From Rhizodiscina lignyota (Eukaryota), in contig ML978121.1 in assembly GCA_010015805.1 (NCBI GenBank), positions 2,914,001 to 2,978,000 of the forward strand: a stretch of DNA of 64,000 nt, given 5' to 3'. The notes beneath the pieces were generated by a model, which saw only the letters and a list, made by a program, of their open reading frames with translations, was not told the origin of the DNA and did not search any database. A program made the translations under genes and the position numbers. This document shows, one piece after another, positions 50,099-62,062 of the stretch (position 1 is its first letter; each line of letters opens with the position of its first letter).

Positions 50099-50608
50099 CG
50101 GTCAATCACTAACCCAACATATCACGGACTTTGAAATCAAAGCCATTGAGACGGATTTACATGTCTCGTCGAGAGAAGATCATACGCCTCCTCCCCACAA
50201 AGAGATGAACAAGCGTCTCGGCGCTCCATTCAAGCCTGTTTGTAAGCAACATATCCCAGGAACACCTACAGGAGAGACGAATAGCTCGCGATGAGACCAT
50301 TCTTCGAATTGACGAGAACACCAGAGGATGAGGCAATCTAAAAACCTCGATTGATCCTCGATACCATTCGGTAAGGCTGAGGAGTATCATGGTATAAGAG
50401 TATAAGAGCTTCTCCAGTTTCACATCTCCAAGCCTTCCTCAAGCTCAAAGCCTCTGTCAAATTCCAAATATTTCTGGTGTGCTAGGAGCGATCACCCGTC
50501 ATCTTTGCCTTCCTCATTCTTCACCTTTGCGGGCTTCTAAAGTCATCTGAAAATCCTCAATTGAAGCTTGGCCGCCGCCCTAATCCCGATTGTCCGAAGT
50601 CTGTCGGA

Positions 50609-51820
50609 ATGGCAGCAATACGTCGACTGTTATTCATTACTCTGGCAGGATCACTGGGAGTCACGTCGACTGGATTTCGTGCCAACGTTCCGGTCGATAC
50701 TCGCTCTCTGGACGAGATCTACGCTGCAGCACAGAACGAATCTGGACCATTAATCGTCGCGTCCGGCGGAGATGGTATGAGTAAACCCAAAACTTGACTG
50801 AGAAGCAAATTTGCTGATTGTGGTGATTTTTTCACAGCTCAGAGCCAAGGCGATACGATCCGAAACGCCTGGGCACAGCGATTCCCACGGATACCGCTTA
50901 ATCTCACTGTTGACCTCTCAAAGTACCACGACTCAAGGATAGACAGGGCATTTTACGAAAAGAATGAGAACACCGATGTTGCACTCTTGCAAACACTCCA
51001 CGATTTCCCTTACTGGAAAGAGCAAAACCGCTTGATGTATTACAAGCCGGCCACATTCAATGATATCTATAATGGCGAGAAAGATTTGGACGGAGCTTAT
51101 TATCCAATCCTAACGTGTAAGTCCTCCACTCTTATGCCTTGGCTTTGGTGTCTAATTATTCGTGCAGTCAATTTCGGAAGATTTATCTACGACAGCACTA
51201 AATTGAATGCCTCCCTTATACCAAAGTCATATGCAGACTTGACGGATCCCAGATACAAAGATAAGCTCGTGCTAACACTTCCCAATGATGACGACGCTAT
51301 TCTATATCTCTTTCACACCATCGTGTCAAAATATGGATTCAGATGGCTTGATGGGCTGATAGCAAACAATCCAATGTGGGTGCGCGGAACTGGCACGCCG
51401 ACATTCGTTCTTCAGCAAGAACACAACAATGCCACATCGAAACTAGCACTAACGATCACTTCCGCTGCCGCTCCAGCGAATGCAACATACTTTCACGTCA
51501 AAGAGCCCCAAGCGCCGGAACAGTACATGAGTTGGACGCAGACTGCAGCCATCTTCGCCAGCACCAAGCGGCCCAATTCCGCCCAACTCTTTATAAGCTG
51601 GCTGCTTAGTGACGAGTTTCAATCGACCTTACAGTCTCAAGGTCGCCCGATCGTGAGAAGAAGCCTTGATCAAGGGGAGCTGTACCTCTCAAATACGACA
51701 CAGGTGGACGGCTTCAGGGTCTTCATGAATGACCGCAGGTTCGTGGAGCGCTGGCGATTGCAATTTGAAACGTCTCTCGGCACCGCTCAAGGTCCAAGTG
51801 CCTTGACTTTCGTGCCGTAA
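50609..51820 (+). CDS. Secreted periplasmic-binding-protein-II-like protein (resembles the substrate-binding component of Fe3+/thiamine ABC systems)
   Basis: Signal peptide, RSLDEIYAAA, VDLSKYHDSRID, LQTLHDF, KLVLTLPNDDDA, WVRGTGTP and RPNSAQLFISWLLS. Two introns. Confidence 0.85.
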
Positions 51821-52234
51821 TTGTGTGCACTGTTGCTGACTTGAAGTTACTTTGGTTGAGCCGCCCAGCATCGGTTCTCGCAATATGTATATATACTATT
51901 TCGCTCTAATTAGGTAATAACAAGTTCATCATCAACTACACAAGCCTTGTCTGCCTTCCCACGCAGCTTCATATAACAGAGACCTCTTCTAGCTAATTAC
52001 AACCTCTCCAGGCCCGGTCCGGCCCTAAAACGGAAGAGTTCATCTACCTATTACGGAGCGCTTTGAACTCGCGCGCCAAAGTAGTAGGGCTAATTATCAC
52101 GTTATTGCCTTGGCTTCGCCGTGGACTATCAGACTGCTTGACTGTCCCCATAGCTATATGGTTTGCGACCCACTGGGAAACCTCAAATAATTTCTCATCT
52201 TTAATATATCCTTCTATCTACCCAAAGACTCGAG

Positions 52235-53330
52235 ATGGCTTATGATGTAACATGAATTCCGAAAGGGGCAGCACTAAGCCCAAAGAAATTTACATTGCGG
52301 GTCCCGGACCAGGATATCGTAAGACGTCGATCACTTTCAGCAACCCCTGAACCTCTCACCTCTCGCTCCAAAGACATATGAAAATTTGCGAATGATCCGA
52401 ATCTTTTGGATGTGAGCCATGAGTGGATGTCCCAGGCGAAGAAGCACTGGGAGACTGCGTACGAGTGGTAAGACCGGAAGGTCTGTCGCGAAGGGGACAT
52501 TAGTCATTGACATCTCAATCTCAGATGGATGACGGAGCTGCTCGTCAACTCGTGCCCGAATTTCAAAGTTCAGGTTGAGGATGATGACGGATATGTCTTC
52601 GAGATCCATTTCGTAGCACTCTTTTCTCAGAGACAGGACGCTATTCCCATTGCACTTCTCCATGGATGGCCGGGCAGTATCCTCGAGTCCCTGGGCGCCC
52701 TATCGGTAGCAAAGGAGAAGTACTCACCGGAAGATCTCCCATACCATCTCATTGTCCCGTCATTGCCTGGCTATTGCCTCTCTTTCGGACCACTGCTTAA
52801 CAAGGAGTTCTCCATAGAAGACATCGCTCGGACCACCGACATTGATAGTAAGCCTCAGCTTTAGCAATGGCTATGTTAGCCTAGGCGGTGACATCGGTGC
52901 GAATACCTGTCGACCGCTCTCACAATATCCATCATTCAAAGCTATTCATCTGAATTCCTCGCCCCTTACGAAAGTAGACAGCGTTTCCGACGAGCAAGTC
53001 GACTCCGTCGAGCAAGCACTAAAACGAGCCCATGAGTTCAGAGAGCGAGAAACTGCATATGCTCTTGAGCATGGCACGCAGCCTTCGACTATCGGGTTTG
53101 CTCTATCGTTTTCTCCTCCGCATTACAAACTTCCTGACATGGACAGACGCAACTTCGTCGCTGGACAGCACCTTAGATTTGGTCATGCTGTACTGGTTCA
53201 CCCAGTCATTCCCACGCTCCATCTATTCATATCGACAAAACTGTGGATCACGATTGCATAGTACTACACCTCACGGTGATCCGAAGTATTAAACGAAGAA
53301 GCCACTGGGGTATTCATACTTCCCAGAGAC
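52235..53330 (+). pseudogene. Microsomal-type epoxide hydrolase pseudogene
   Basis: KKFTLRVPDQ, HEWMSQAKKHW, IHFVALFS...LLHGWPGS, IVPSLPGY, GGDIG, YALEHGTQPSTIG and LYWFTQSFPRSIYSYR. Stop at codon 7, several frameshifts, C-terminus truncated. Confidence 0.88.
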
Positions 53331-53891
53331 CGCGCCAATTTACGAAGAATCTACTTTTTCGTGAGCAGATGACTGCATCTCTTTTCCGCAATAATGAGAA
53401 GCAAATATTCTAAGGCAGACTTGGTAAGCAGCTCCTTGATAACCTCGAACGTACGCCCACCATACGCGGAAGCTTCTTGGAAATGCTAAGGCAGCTGTAA
53501 TACAGAGGCTCTGTATACTGTTCGCTTACTAGAACCAGATCCTTCATACTGTATCACAGCCCCTACAATATCCAGGGATCCGATCTAAAAAGTCGAGTTT
53601 CAGCATTAAGGTTTTGCACTTGGCCATTCAGGTGCTTGCTTTGTAATATTTCATTCACGGTGGAACTGAATGGGTGGCACGTGCCTGTGGGTTCAGTGAG
53701 GTGCGCTGCGCCTGACGCCATCACACATAACCTTAAGAAGGCAGTCACCACACCACTTTCAGTTTAACACTCGCAGCATCGATTTTACGAACCTTCACAC
53801 TACACTCTTCTCCTATATTGGCCCTCAACGCCTTCCTCTACAGCGATTTTCGATACCAGCTGAAATCGATACTTATCCTCACCTACTGAAG

Positions 53892-55073
53892 ATGTCCGAG
53901 CGAAAACAACCATGCGCAGATGCTGAGCACGAAAGTGGGCGCACAACCCAGGACAGAAGCGAACGCAAGAGAGGTTTTCGGCAATTCATCAATCGCAAGA
54001 CGACCAAGCTTGCAAAGATTCTTTCCCTTCACACTCGTTCCCAGGAGTCGCCGCAGAGCATGGTATCTGAAGGACACGAAACCAGAGAGTCGTTACTGCC
54101 ACCGAATAAGGCGATTGACGAGCACAATACTGTCACGAAATTGCTCCCAGAGCACAGCTGCGTTGCTGGCTCTTGTCCGAAAGGTGGTTCCCCACTAGAG
54201 TTGCTGCCGAATGAACTCCTTCATCAGATATGGTTTCAAAGCCTGAGTCTGGAATTGCCATGGGTGTCATCCGCATTAAGCCGAAAGCTCGCCGACCCGG
54301 TCACAAAGAAGCTCTTTTTGCGGTCCTGGGTGGTTCGTATGCCGTTTGGTGTCTACATAAAAGGCAAGAGGGTCGAAAAGAGCTTTGGGTGCGACCTGCC
54401 GCTATTGCAGTACTTGGTCAACTCGCCATTTTTCAGCGAGAGTCTATACACCTCGATCCGAGAAAGCGCATACGAACGTTTTGGGGTGATGCGAGATGAC
54501 TTCGAGTCCTGTGTGTTTCTGCAACTTCCTCGGTCGCTCCAGATCCCGCTCCGTGTGCTCGAGGATACCATCAAGGCCAATAAGTACTTTGGTCTATACC
54601 AGAATTTGCTCAACGATGGTGCCAGTCCACAACCTCTTGACAAGGCAACACCTTTACTTCTCAAAGGGATTTCGGCCGGACACTCGGAGACAATGCAGCC
54701 TTTCTTCAGCTGGATCTACAGAGCTGGCCGATTCGTGCCGCCATCCGTTCTCGAAGAGGTACTGGCCAACCCTCAAAAGACTACAGGCCACATGCGATGT
54801 GTGCGTTACGCAATTTCTGCCTCAATAGATAACGAATACCCCCCACGTCACCCCCCAATCCGTAAAAAGTTCCATCCTGACTTCACGAGGGCTACGTTTA
54901 CAGAGGAGCGCTATCCACACCTTTGGCGCTGGCTGAAAATAAACTTTCGAGTCAACATATATCATTCGCTACCAGGCTACTGGACTTCATCTATTCGAGA
55001 CTTTGAACTCGCATGCGATGGCCTACAGGCAGATGGCGAGCAGATTGCACAGTTCCTGGACTTCTGGTCCTGA
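53892..55073 (+). CDS. Hypothetical protein with an F-box-like motif
   Basis: Intronless 393-aa ORF with SPLELLPNELLHQIWFQSLSLELPWVS. Paralog of 57545-58555. Confidence 0.7.
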   Translation: MSERKQPCADAEHESGRTTQDRSERKRGFRQFINRKTTKLAKILSLHTRSQESPQSMVSEGHETRESLLPPNKAIDEHNTVTKLLPEHSCVAGSCPKGGSPLELLPNELLHQIWFQSLSLELPWVSSALSRKLADPVTKKLFLRSWVVRMPFGVYIKGKRVEKSFGCDLPLLQYLVNSPFFSESLYTSIRESAYERFGVMRDDFESCVFLQLPRSLQIPLRVLEDTIKANKYFGLYQNLLNDGASPQPLDKATPLLLKGISAGHSETMQPFFSWIYRAGRFVPPSVLEEVLANPQKTTGHMRCVRYAISASIDNEYPPRHPPIRKKFHPDFTRATFTEERYPHLWRWLKINFRVNIYHSLPGYWTSSIRDFELACDGLQADGEQIAQFLDFWS

Positions 55074-56093
55074 ATTGACTTATCAGCTTAGACTCATATT
55101 CTAACTCTGAACTATGCGACATCAACAAGGCAACTTCGTTAAGTAGATCCAGCATCCAACTAATTGCGCGCCTGTTCAACGGTGCCTTGTTGGAGATTGG
55201 GCGGTGGACTTGGAAGAAATTTACTAATCGGTTATGGAGTACTCTACCCGTCGCAGCGACCCTGGAGAGGCGAGAGAGCGAAGGCCTTTGGATGCCATCC
55301 CTATGCTTACGTCTCGTTCAAGGGTTTCAATTGATAGTTGGGTGCGAGGCAGGGCGGGGCACACGAATGCTAGAGACAAATTCTTCTTTCATCACGTTGA
55401 TAGTCTTGGTGCTCGATTTCATATTCAACCTTTTCCCCACCCTGCCCGTCCACATAGCTAGCTATTAATAAATTTGGCCATACCGCTATCATGCTACGCT
55501 GAGATCACGCCGTACGAATCGATTTCACTGATGTACTACTAGTCAGGTGTATAGTCTCGAAGGTTCAGACTCGTGGAGTCGCTGCCAAGCACCAAGCTGA
55601 ACACACACCGCTTCAATCCTGTAGCGGCTCAGCCCTGTACCACATCGAACGTTCTGCACAGATTCCATGGATACCATCAATTCTGACTAACAGCCAGCCA
55701 AGCATATGTCTGCAACGTCAGGTACCTTAACTATACTACATCTGCTCATAGCATAGGTTGCGGAGCAAACAAGAGCTTCGTATCACAGGCTTGGACTTCA
55801 TTCAATGTTCCTTGGGAGCTGCACGGTGAAGATGCATTGCGAGATGCAATGCTCAGCTTCCTAAGGATATTTCAGCTCTGTACCATTGTGCACTGGTATC
55901 ATGCGATGGTCTCCATCTTGTCAATTTCCTTTGTTTCTTCTAAAATCCTTTCATGTTGCGTATAAATGGCGGTTACTTCGCTGTACTATTCTTTTTCATC
56001 CACATACCCAACACACAATCCCACAAACTTAGCAACTATACATTTAATCACAGGCGCATACCTGATTTAAAACTTCCTCTCTCAATTGCAAAA

Positions 56094-57197
56094 ATGGCCA
56101 CCCACAAGATTATCCATCCGATACTCTTTCTTGCGCTTTCGGTATCCGCCACCGTAATCCAACCAAGGGACCTCACGATAGCAGAAAACTTCGTTCTCGC
56201 GGATTGTGGCATTGGAACGTTGCCGGATCCCTCTGCATCGACATCTCGCGAGGTCATTTATTATCCAGGCGATGTCTGGAATAAGGACGGCTCTACGAAT
56301 CGCCCGACGATGATGAAGAACGTGCCGTGGGACGGATCTTATCCGTGGCGAGAGAGCGGCGTTACAGTGACCATGCCGAATGGCGACGAGTTTACAGCCA
56401 CTGTAACGAATGCTGTCCATGACCCACAGTGGGCCGGAGGTGCATATCATTCATACGACGGGATGGGGTTCAATTGCTGGTCCTTTCACAAAGAGAGACT
56501 GTACCAGCTTGATGACGGGAAGTGGTGCTCCTCTGCGTTCGTCTGCAATCATGGGAGTGCTCCTGATGGGCCCGTACAACCCAGCCCTGGGCCAGCCCCG
56601 GCTCCTCAGCCACACGAGACGGTCGAGACCACATTCTCTGTCAACTCCGACATGGTAAGAATCTACGACAACAACCATCATGCTATTTTGGGCATGGTCG
56701 ACCGGGTGACCCAGGATGGCCGAAATTGCGATGAAACGGGAATGGACGTTGGTTCTGGTTGCAGGATCTCCTTCGAATGCCACGGTGCTGGCAAGGCCTC
56801 CGTTGGCAACATGGCTGATGCCCTGAAGAATCAAGTCGCCAACAGCAAAGACTTCGCAACATACGAGACAGATACCACTCAGATCTGCGCGGTATATGAC
56901 ACGCGGCCGGGCCATGAGGGTGAATGCCGCTCCTATAAGGACAAAATCGACACGTACGTCACCATGTCGAGGAAAATCAGCCTCGCTATCGACAACATCC
57001 CTGGAGAAGGCTCGTCCGACAACCCGTCCATGCAGGCGCTGATGCAATACGAAATTACTTGCGAGAAAGGAACATCTATGAGCTGCTTGGCTTGTAAAAT
57101 GATAGCCGCTGGCATGTCGGCCATAGCGGCAGATAGTTTCTTGTGGGCTGGCCCTGGCGCGACTATGAATGCGGTTTGCAATTTCGCTTGTACTTGA
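56094..57197 (+). CDS. Secreted Cys-rich two-domain protein of unknown function
   Basis: Signal peptide from ATG 56094. N-terminal domain VLADCGIG...STSREVIYYPG...CSSAFVCNH, a Pro-rich linker, then a Cys-rich C-terminal domain with a hydrophobic terminal helix pair. Confidence 0.8.
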   Translation: MATHKIIHPILFLALSVSATVIQPRDLTIAENFVLADCGIGTLPDPSASTSREVIYYPGDVWNKDGSTNRPTMMKNVPWDGSYPWRESGVTVTMPNGDEFTATVTNAVHDPQWAGGAYHSYDGMGFNCWSFHKERLYQLDDGKWCSSAFVCNHGSAPDGPVQPSPGPAPAPQPHETVETTFSVNSDMVRIYDNNHHAILGMVDRVTQDGRNCDETGMDVGSGCRISFECHGAGKASVGNMADALKNQVANSKDFATYETDTTQICAVYDTRPGHEGECRSYKDKIDTYVTMSRKISLAIDNIPGEGSSDNPSMQALMQYEITCEKGTSMSCLACKMIAAGMSAIAADSFLWAGPGATMNAVCNFACT

Positions 57198-57544
57198 GCG
57201 CCACTGCGGAGGGTCGTAAGGCGGGCCATGAATTCTTTGCTATCAAATTGGGCACCTTGTCTAGTCTTTATTTGCTTTTGGATTCACTTCAGCGACTTAG
57301 AATAATGCATATGATCATAGCGAATTTCCAGCAGAGAATTTTGTAGCAACTAAGGACCATACCGTAAGACCATTTCTTGATTTCCGACTATCCCCGGCCC
57401 ACAAACTGAAGTCCTCCGCGACTGAAAGTACATCTCGGGTGATAAGAGTTTGCAGCAACTTTTCCAGCAAGTGTTCTCAATCTTCAAAATAACGCAAGCT
57501 CTCCACTTAGAGCTACAATGAAAACCAGAGTTGATTCTATCCCT

Positions 57545-58555
57545 TCACTGCTCGTCTCCACCTTGTCCGTCATTGGGAGAGTCAACCTCACGGCCTGCCC
57601 AATATTTGAAGTACTCTTGGAGTCTCGAAGGATTTGAGGAAAACAGGGCCGGGCTCTTCAGAATTGACGGGTTGGCGCCAAGAGCACGACGCTCCATTTT
57701 GGAGGATTCTGTGAAATACCAAACCGCGAGAAACTTCTGCGTGGATGCCCACAAAGCTGGGTAGCGTTCTCGGTCGAAGTTGGCGAAGGACCTGTGAAGG
57801 TAGCTCCTGTTCGTGGACTCGCGGAACCTGAGAAAGAAGTGGATAACACAGCCTTCCGCGTGAAGCTGAGTAATAGCATCATCTAATACTGATGCCGAGA
57901 CGTCTCTAAATGGTATGAAGCTCAGCAGTTGATCGAACGCCCCAAGGGAGTCATATTCAAGGGCATCCTGAAGTAACAATCCAACGTCGGTGTCTGCCTT
58001 TAATGTAGCCCCTGCCATTAGAAGAGCTCCTAGGAGGTCGAGATTGTGTCTGCCCCGAGGTTGTTCTATGAACCTTGATGGTATGACGGTCTCGGGCGGC
58101 AATTTGAGTGACGGTAGAGAATAGAGCGCAGTCTTGGTGACAGTAGAGACAATAGAAGTTTCCAGTCTCTCTTTGGCCATTTTGCGGATGTAGCGGAACA
58201 CATCTCTGGTGAATGAAGATGACGCGATCAGCAACTTTACGGTGCTAGCGTCGACATCATCGGATCTGCCAATGTGACCGAAGATAAAACCTCCGTTGTC
58301 TGATAGGTTACTGGTTGGGTAGGTAAAGTCGAATTTCGGTTCCACCATTTTGGCGAATATCGTTCGCGTGGCAGGACTTTGAATCTTGGAGGACAGGGTG
58401 GGCGACGCTCGCGGCAGGTCGAGGCTCATACTCAAGAGCCAGATCTCGTGCAACATCTCGTTCGGCAACCGCTCGAGAGGAGATGAACCTTTGTCGTAGA
58501 ACCACTCCATTTCGCCGCCAGTTGGAGATTCCATGGTTCGTAGCACGTTGTGCAT
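57545..58555 (-). CDS. Hypothetical protein with an F-box-like motif
   Basis: Intronless 336-aa ORF with SPLERLPNEMLHEIWLLSMSLDLPRAS. Shares FxxERYPxLW with 53892-55073. Confidence 0.7.
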   Translation of the reverse strand: MHNVLRTMESPTGGEMEWFYDKGSSPLERLPNEMLHEIWLLSMSLDLPRASPTLSSKIQSPATRTIFAKMVEPKFDFTYPTSNLSDNGGFIFGHIGRSDDVDASTVKLLIASSSFTRDVFRYIRKMAKERLETSIVSTVTKTALYSLPSLKLPPETVIPSRFIEQPRGRHNLDLLGALLMAGATLKADTDVGLLLQDALEYDSLGAFDQLLSFIPFRDVSASVLDDAITQLHAEGCVIHFFLRFRESTNRSYLHRSFANFDRERYPALWASTQKFLAVWYFTESSKMERRALGANPSILKSPALFSSNPSRLQEYFKYWAGREVDSPNDGQGGDEQ

Positions 58556-59259
58556 CTGTGATGGAGTGATGGTACTGCTGGTGTTTTGAGGTCAGAGTTG
58601 TTGTGGAAGAGTTTGCCCCGAAGGCCGAAATGAGAGAAGTTAAAGTGTGAAAATGTATCGGTAGAAGCACGATGAAGAAGGTTTAAAGTTGTTGCCCTGC
58701 ACCAAAACACGGCCTTGGCAGCCGTGCTCATGTCCAAATGGTGTCAATATAACACCGTCTGAAAGCACATACGCCATAGAGGTCATGAACAAGTGTTCTA
58801 AGTCCTACATACAGGCCTCACAACTACAGGTCGGTTCTATGAAGCTAACCCCGGTGATGCTCACATCGTCTGCTAGGATTCATCGCACGGTGGTCGTGTA
58901 CAAAACATTCAAGACCTGACATACTTACATATTGCTTGCATTTTACAGACTAACAGCGATGTTCAGCACCTCATTACTTGTACACATTATTTTGATGCTA
59001 AGCATCTCAAGACCAGGCTTCTGGCTCGACCCCTTAATCAGCAGACAGGACGGTGATAATTACGGGCGATGTTTAAAAGAACGGTACTTCTCTCGAGCAC
59101 TACTGCCTCGAACCGGCGATCAGAGATGTCCAAATTATCGCTTCCGTCGCCGTCGTGCTTTCGTTCAACGCCACCCCCTACCACCTATCCCGCGCTCATG
59201 CTAAAAATACCGCTATACCATATGCTAAATTCCAAAATACTCATATTAAAATCACAGCC

Positions 59260-61733
59260 TTAATCTTCATCGAATATCTGCAGGGTATTAAGCAGAATTG
59301 TGTCCACAACCTGTGCTTGCAGTCCTGCGTCCTGCATAGGTCCCTTATGCGCTCCCATAATCGTCGGTCTGTTCGCAAATCCATTAGCATCGCCTTCCAC
59401 ATTCAAGCAATCAGAAAGGTTGCTACTCACGCAAAACAAATCGCCAAGTTCATACTGCTCATGCGATTGTTCGCCTCATGCGACTGCACGCGCTGCAAGT
59501 GCAACACCAACGCTCTCAGCGTCGCATAATTCGGATCGGGGAGCTCGTTGATAGCCGCATGAATACTATCCCTCCGGACAATCGGATCCTGTATCCTCGC
59601 CGCCTCGATAAATCTACCATAATTTTCGTTCGTCAAGAGTGGCTCAGGCAGCTCACGGAAATACTGCTTCAACAGCCCTGCCACGAGATTCACATCGTGG
59701 AAGAAGGTCTCCGGGTTGCGGAAATCGACGCCCTCGGGGTCGCGCTCGTACATCGCACGCAGCTGCTGGATCTGCTGCGCGGTACCTGGTACACGATAGA
59801 TGCCTTCCATGTCGAGGCCGAACGTGTCGACAGCCTGCAGACAGTCCATCACAATTTTGGGTACGGGTGTGCCGTCGCGCATGAATAGCTCCTCAAGGTT
59901 GATGCCAAAGATCGGCTTGCTGGGCGGACCATTGTTCATTCCACCGCGCATGGCTTGGTCGCGAGAGCCAGGCCGCGGACCTGGACCGCCGCCGGGATAA
60001 GATGGGATCTGCTGTTGCTGGTGCTGCAATGGTGGGGGGCCACCGGGTCCTGGGTATTGCTGATGTTGTGGGCCACCAGGTCCAGGGTAGTGTTGCGGCG
60101 GAGGACCACCATAGCCACGCTCATGTGGGGACTGCTGGTAGCCATTGAAAGCTTGGTATCCTCCGGCCGACGAGGGAGTGGGGTAATGCGAGCCATCCGT
60201 TGCCTGGCGCTGTAACGGTTGATTTGGATCGGCAGACATTGGTGCCGCGGACATTGGTGCCGCAGACATCGGTGCCGCAGACATTGGTGCCGCAGATTGA
60301 GGAGGCCCGGCAGAGCCCTCCCTTCCGAATTGTGAGGGTGGCTGCTGTGAAATGCTCGTGGTTGTGGAGAGCTCTGGTAGCCGAGGAGGTTGGGAGGAGG
60401 AGAAGGACTGCCGGGGCTGGTGTTGTGGTTGAGGCTGAGGCTGAGGCTGAGATGGCGGTGGCTGAGACGTCGATTGGGGGTTTGGAGGACGGCTAGTCGA
60501 CGTGAGTGTCTTGTTCTGTTAGCAGCAATATCCAAGATTGAATCATATTTTATGATACTTACTGGATGCTGCTCATATTTGATCTCAGTTGACCTTGACG
60601 GAACTTTTGAAGCATGTCCCTTAATGTAAGTCTGCAGGTCGCGCTCATTGTCAATCTGGTGAACAATATCCCTCAAGCTGCGCTGGGTCTTCTCGGGGCT
60701 GTTAGGGTCGCCTAACGGTGTAATTAACAGCCCGTTGCTGAGGAGAAGTTTCTCGTTGAACGTCGCTAAAAGAAATATTAGCCTCGTGCGGGTGGCGAGT
60801 GCATGAACGACTTGTCTTACCGAACTTCTGCAATTGCAGCGTCAATGCCGAGTCGCACTCGGTGATCAATTCTTGGATGGCTTTGACAGCCTGCGGCCTC
60901 AGCGTCGTCACCAACTCCTGCCTCTGGCTGCGCGCATGTTGTACTTTCTGCTGATAGTCTCCATCTGCAGCCTGCACTCTTCCCTGCAGATCCTCTTCAT
61001 TCTTTGGCCCTCGCAGACCAAAGTGTCGGACCTTCTTGTCGCCCGTCTTAACGCCATCATAATCCTCAGCAAGCGAGTCATATTTGGCTTTGGCCTTCTC
61101 CATCTGCCTCTCCGCATCCTGCACACGATTCTCGGCAGCAAGGCCAGTCTGTTTCCAGTGCTTGCGGTTCTTCTCCATGTTCTGCGAGAGCTCGGTGAGG
61201 TCCTCGTGCATCTGATGCAGCGAAAGCGCAAACTGCGCGCCGTTCTCTGCCATGCGCTCGTGGACGTTGGTCACCTCGTCGAACTGCTTAGCGTACGACC
61301 CTTGCCGTGATTCCTGACGGCGGACGTTCTCGTGCGTGACGCGGCATAGCTTCTTTAACTCTTTCGCATGCTCGTCTTCGATCGAGGACCGCTTTTTCAG
61401 AAAGCTTGCAAAGTCCTATAGCAAACATTATTAGCTCGGCGCAAGCATGTAACGCCGTCGGGAGACTTACGCGAGCTGATGCAATGCTCTGCTTGAGACG
61501 AACAAGTAATGTATTTACGCCAATCTACGATTATCAGCAGAGTCACAAGAAAATATCAAGGGACAACGTACATCGGAGTATAGCACATTGTCCACCGCCT
61601 TTGCTGTCCCATCGTCCACCGGTGCGACTGGTGGTGCCTTGCTGGCTTCGATGGGGCTCGAAGGCAACAGCTCTTTCTCCTCGAAATTGCCATTGCTGTG
61701 TACGGGGCTGATCTGATTGTCATCCATTGGCAT
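59260..61733 (-). CDS. RGD1: F-BAR/FCH plus RhoGAP protein Rgd1
   Basis: VDNVLYSD/IGVNTLLVRLKQSIASAR, SQNMEKNRKHWKQTG, and RhoGAP IFGINL...EGIYRVPG...LLKQYFRELPEPLLT...NRMSSMNLAICFAPT. Multi-exon. Confidence 0.93.
60232..60296 (-). repeat. Coding 15-bp tandem repeat, about (MSAAP)x4, in the RGD1 linker
   Basis: Unit gacattggtgccgca repeated about four times. Confidence 0.85.
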
Positions 61734-62062
61734 CGTTAATGGAGTGTATGTCAAAGAGGTGAAGTTGAAGGAAACTAGAGTGCATGAAGAGGAGTAGGCT
61801 TCAGTCAAACCCTTCCAGGTTGCCGCACTCGGGAATGCCCTGAAGCGCGCTTTGCCTGCGTCAGCGTCTATGGCGCAGCAGATGTGGCGCCCGCTAAAAC
61901 CTGCAGGCGAAGCTTGGCAGAGACCGACATCATCGTTGCTAATGGAGTACAGCATCCAGTCTGAATAACCCCCGAGAGCTTCCCCGTTACCAAAAAACGA
62001 AAACTGAACAATCCACGTGCTGTTCAATCACTTGAAGTTCCATTTTCTCATGTCCAATTGCA

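Noticed and set aside
44041..51820. ABC transporter and solute-binding protein as a bacterial-style import system
   Set aside because: The transporter is a PDR/ABCG exporter type, which does not use binding proteins, and decayed DNA separates the genes.
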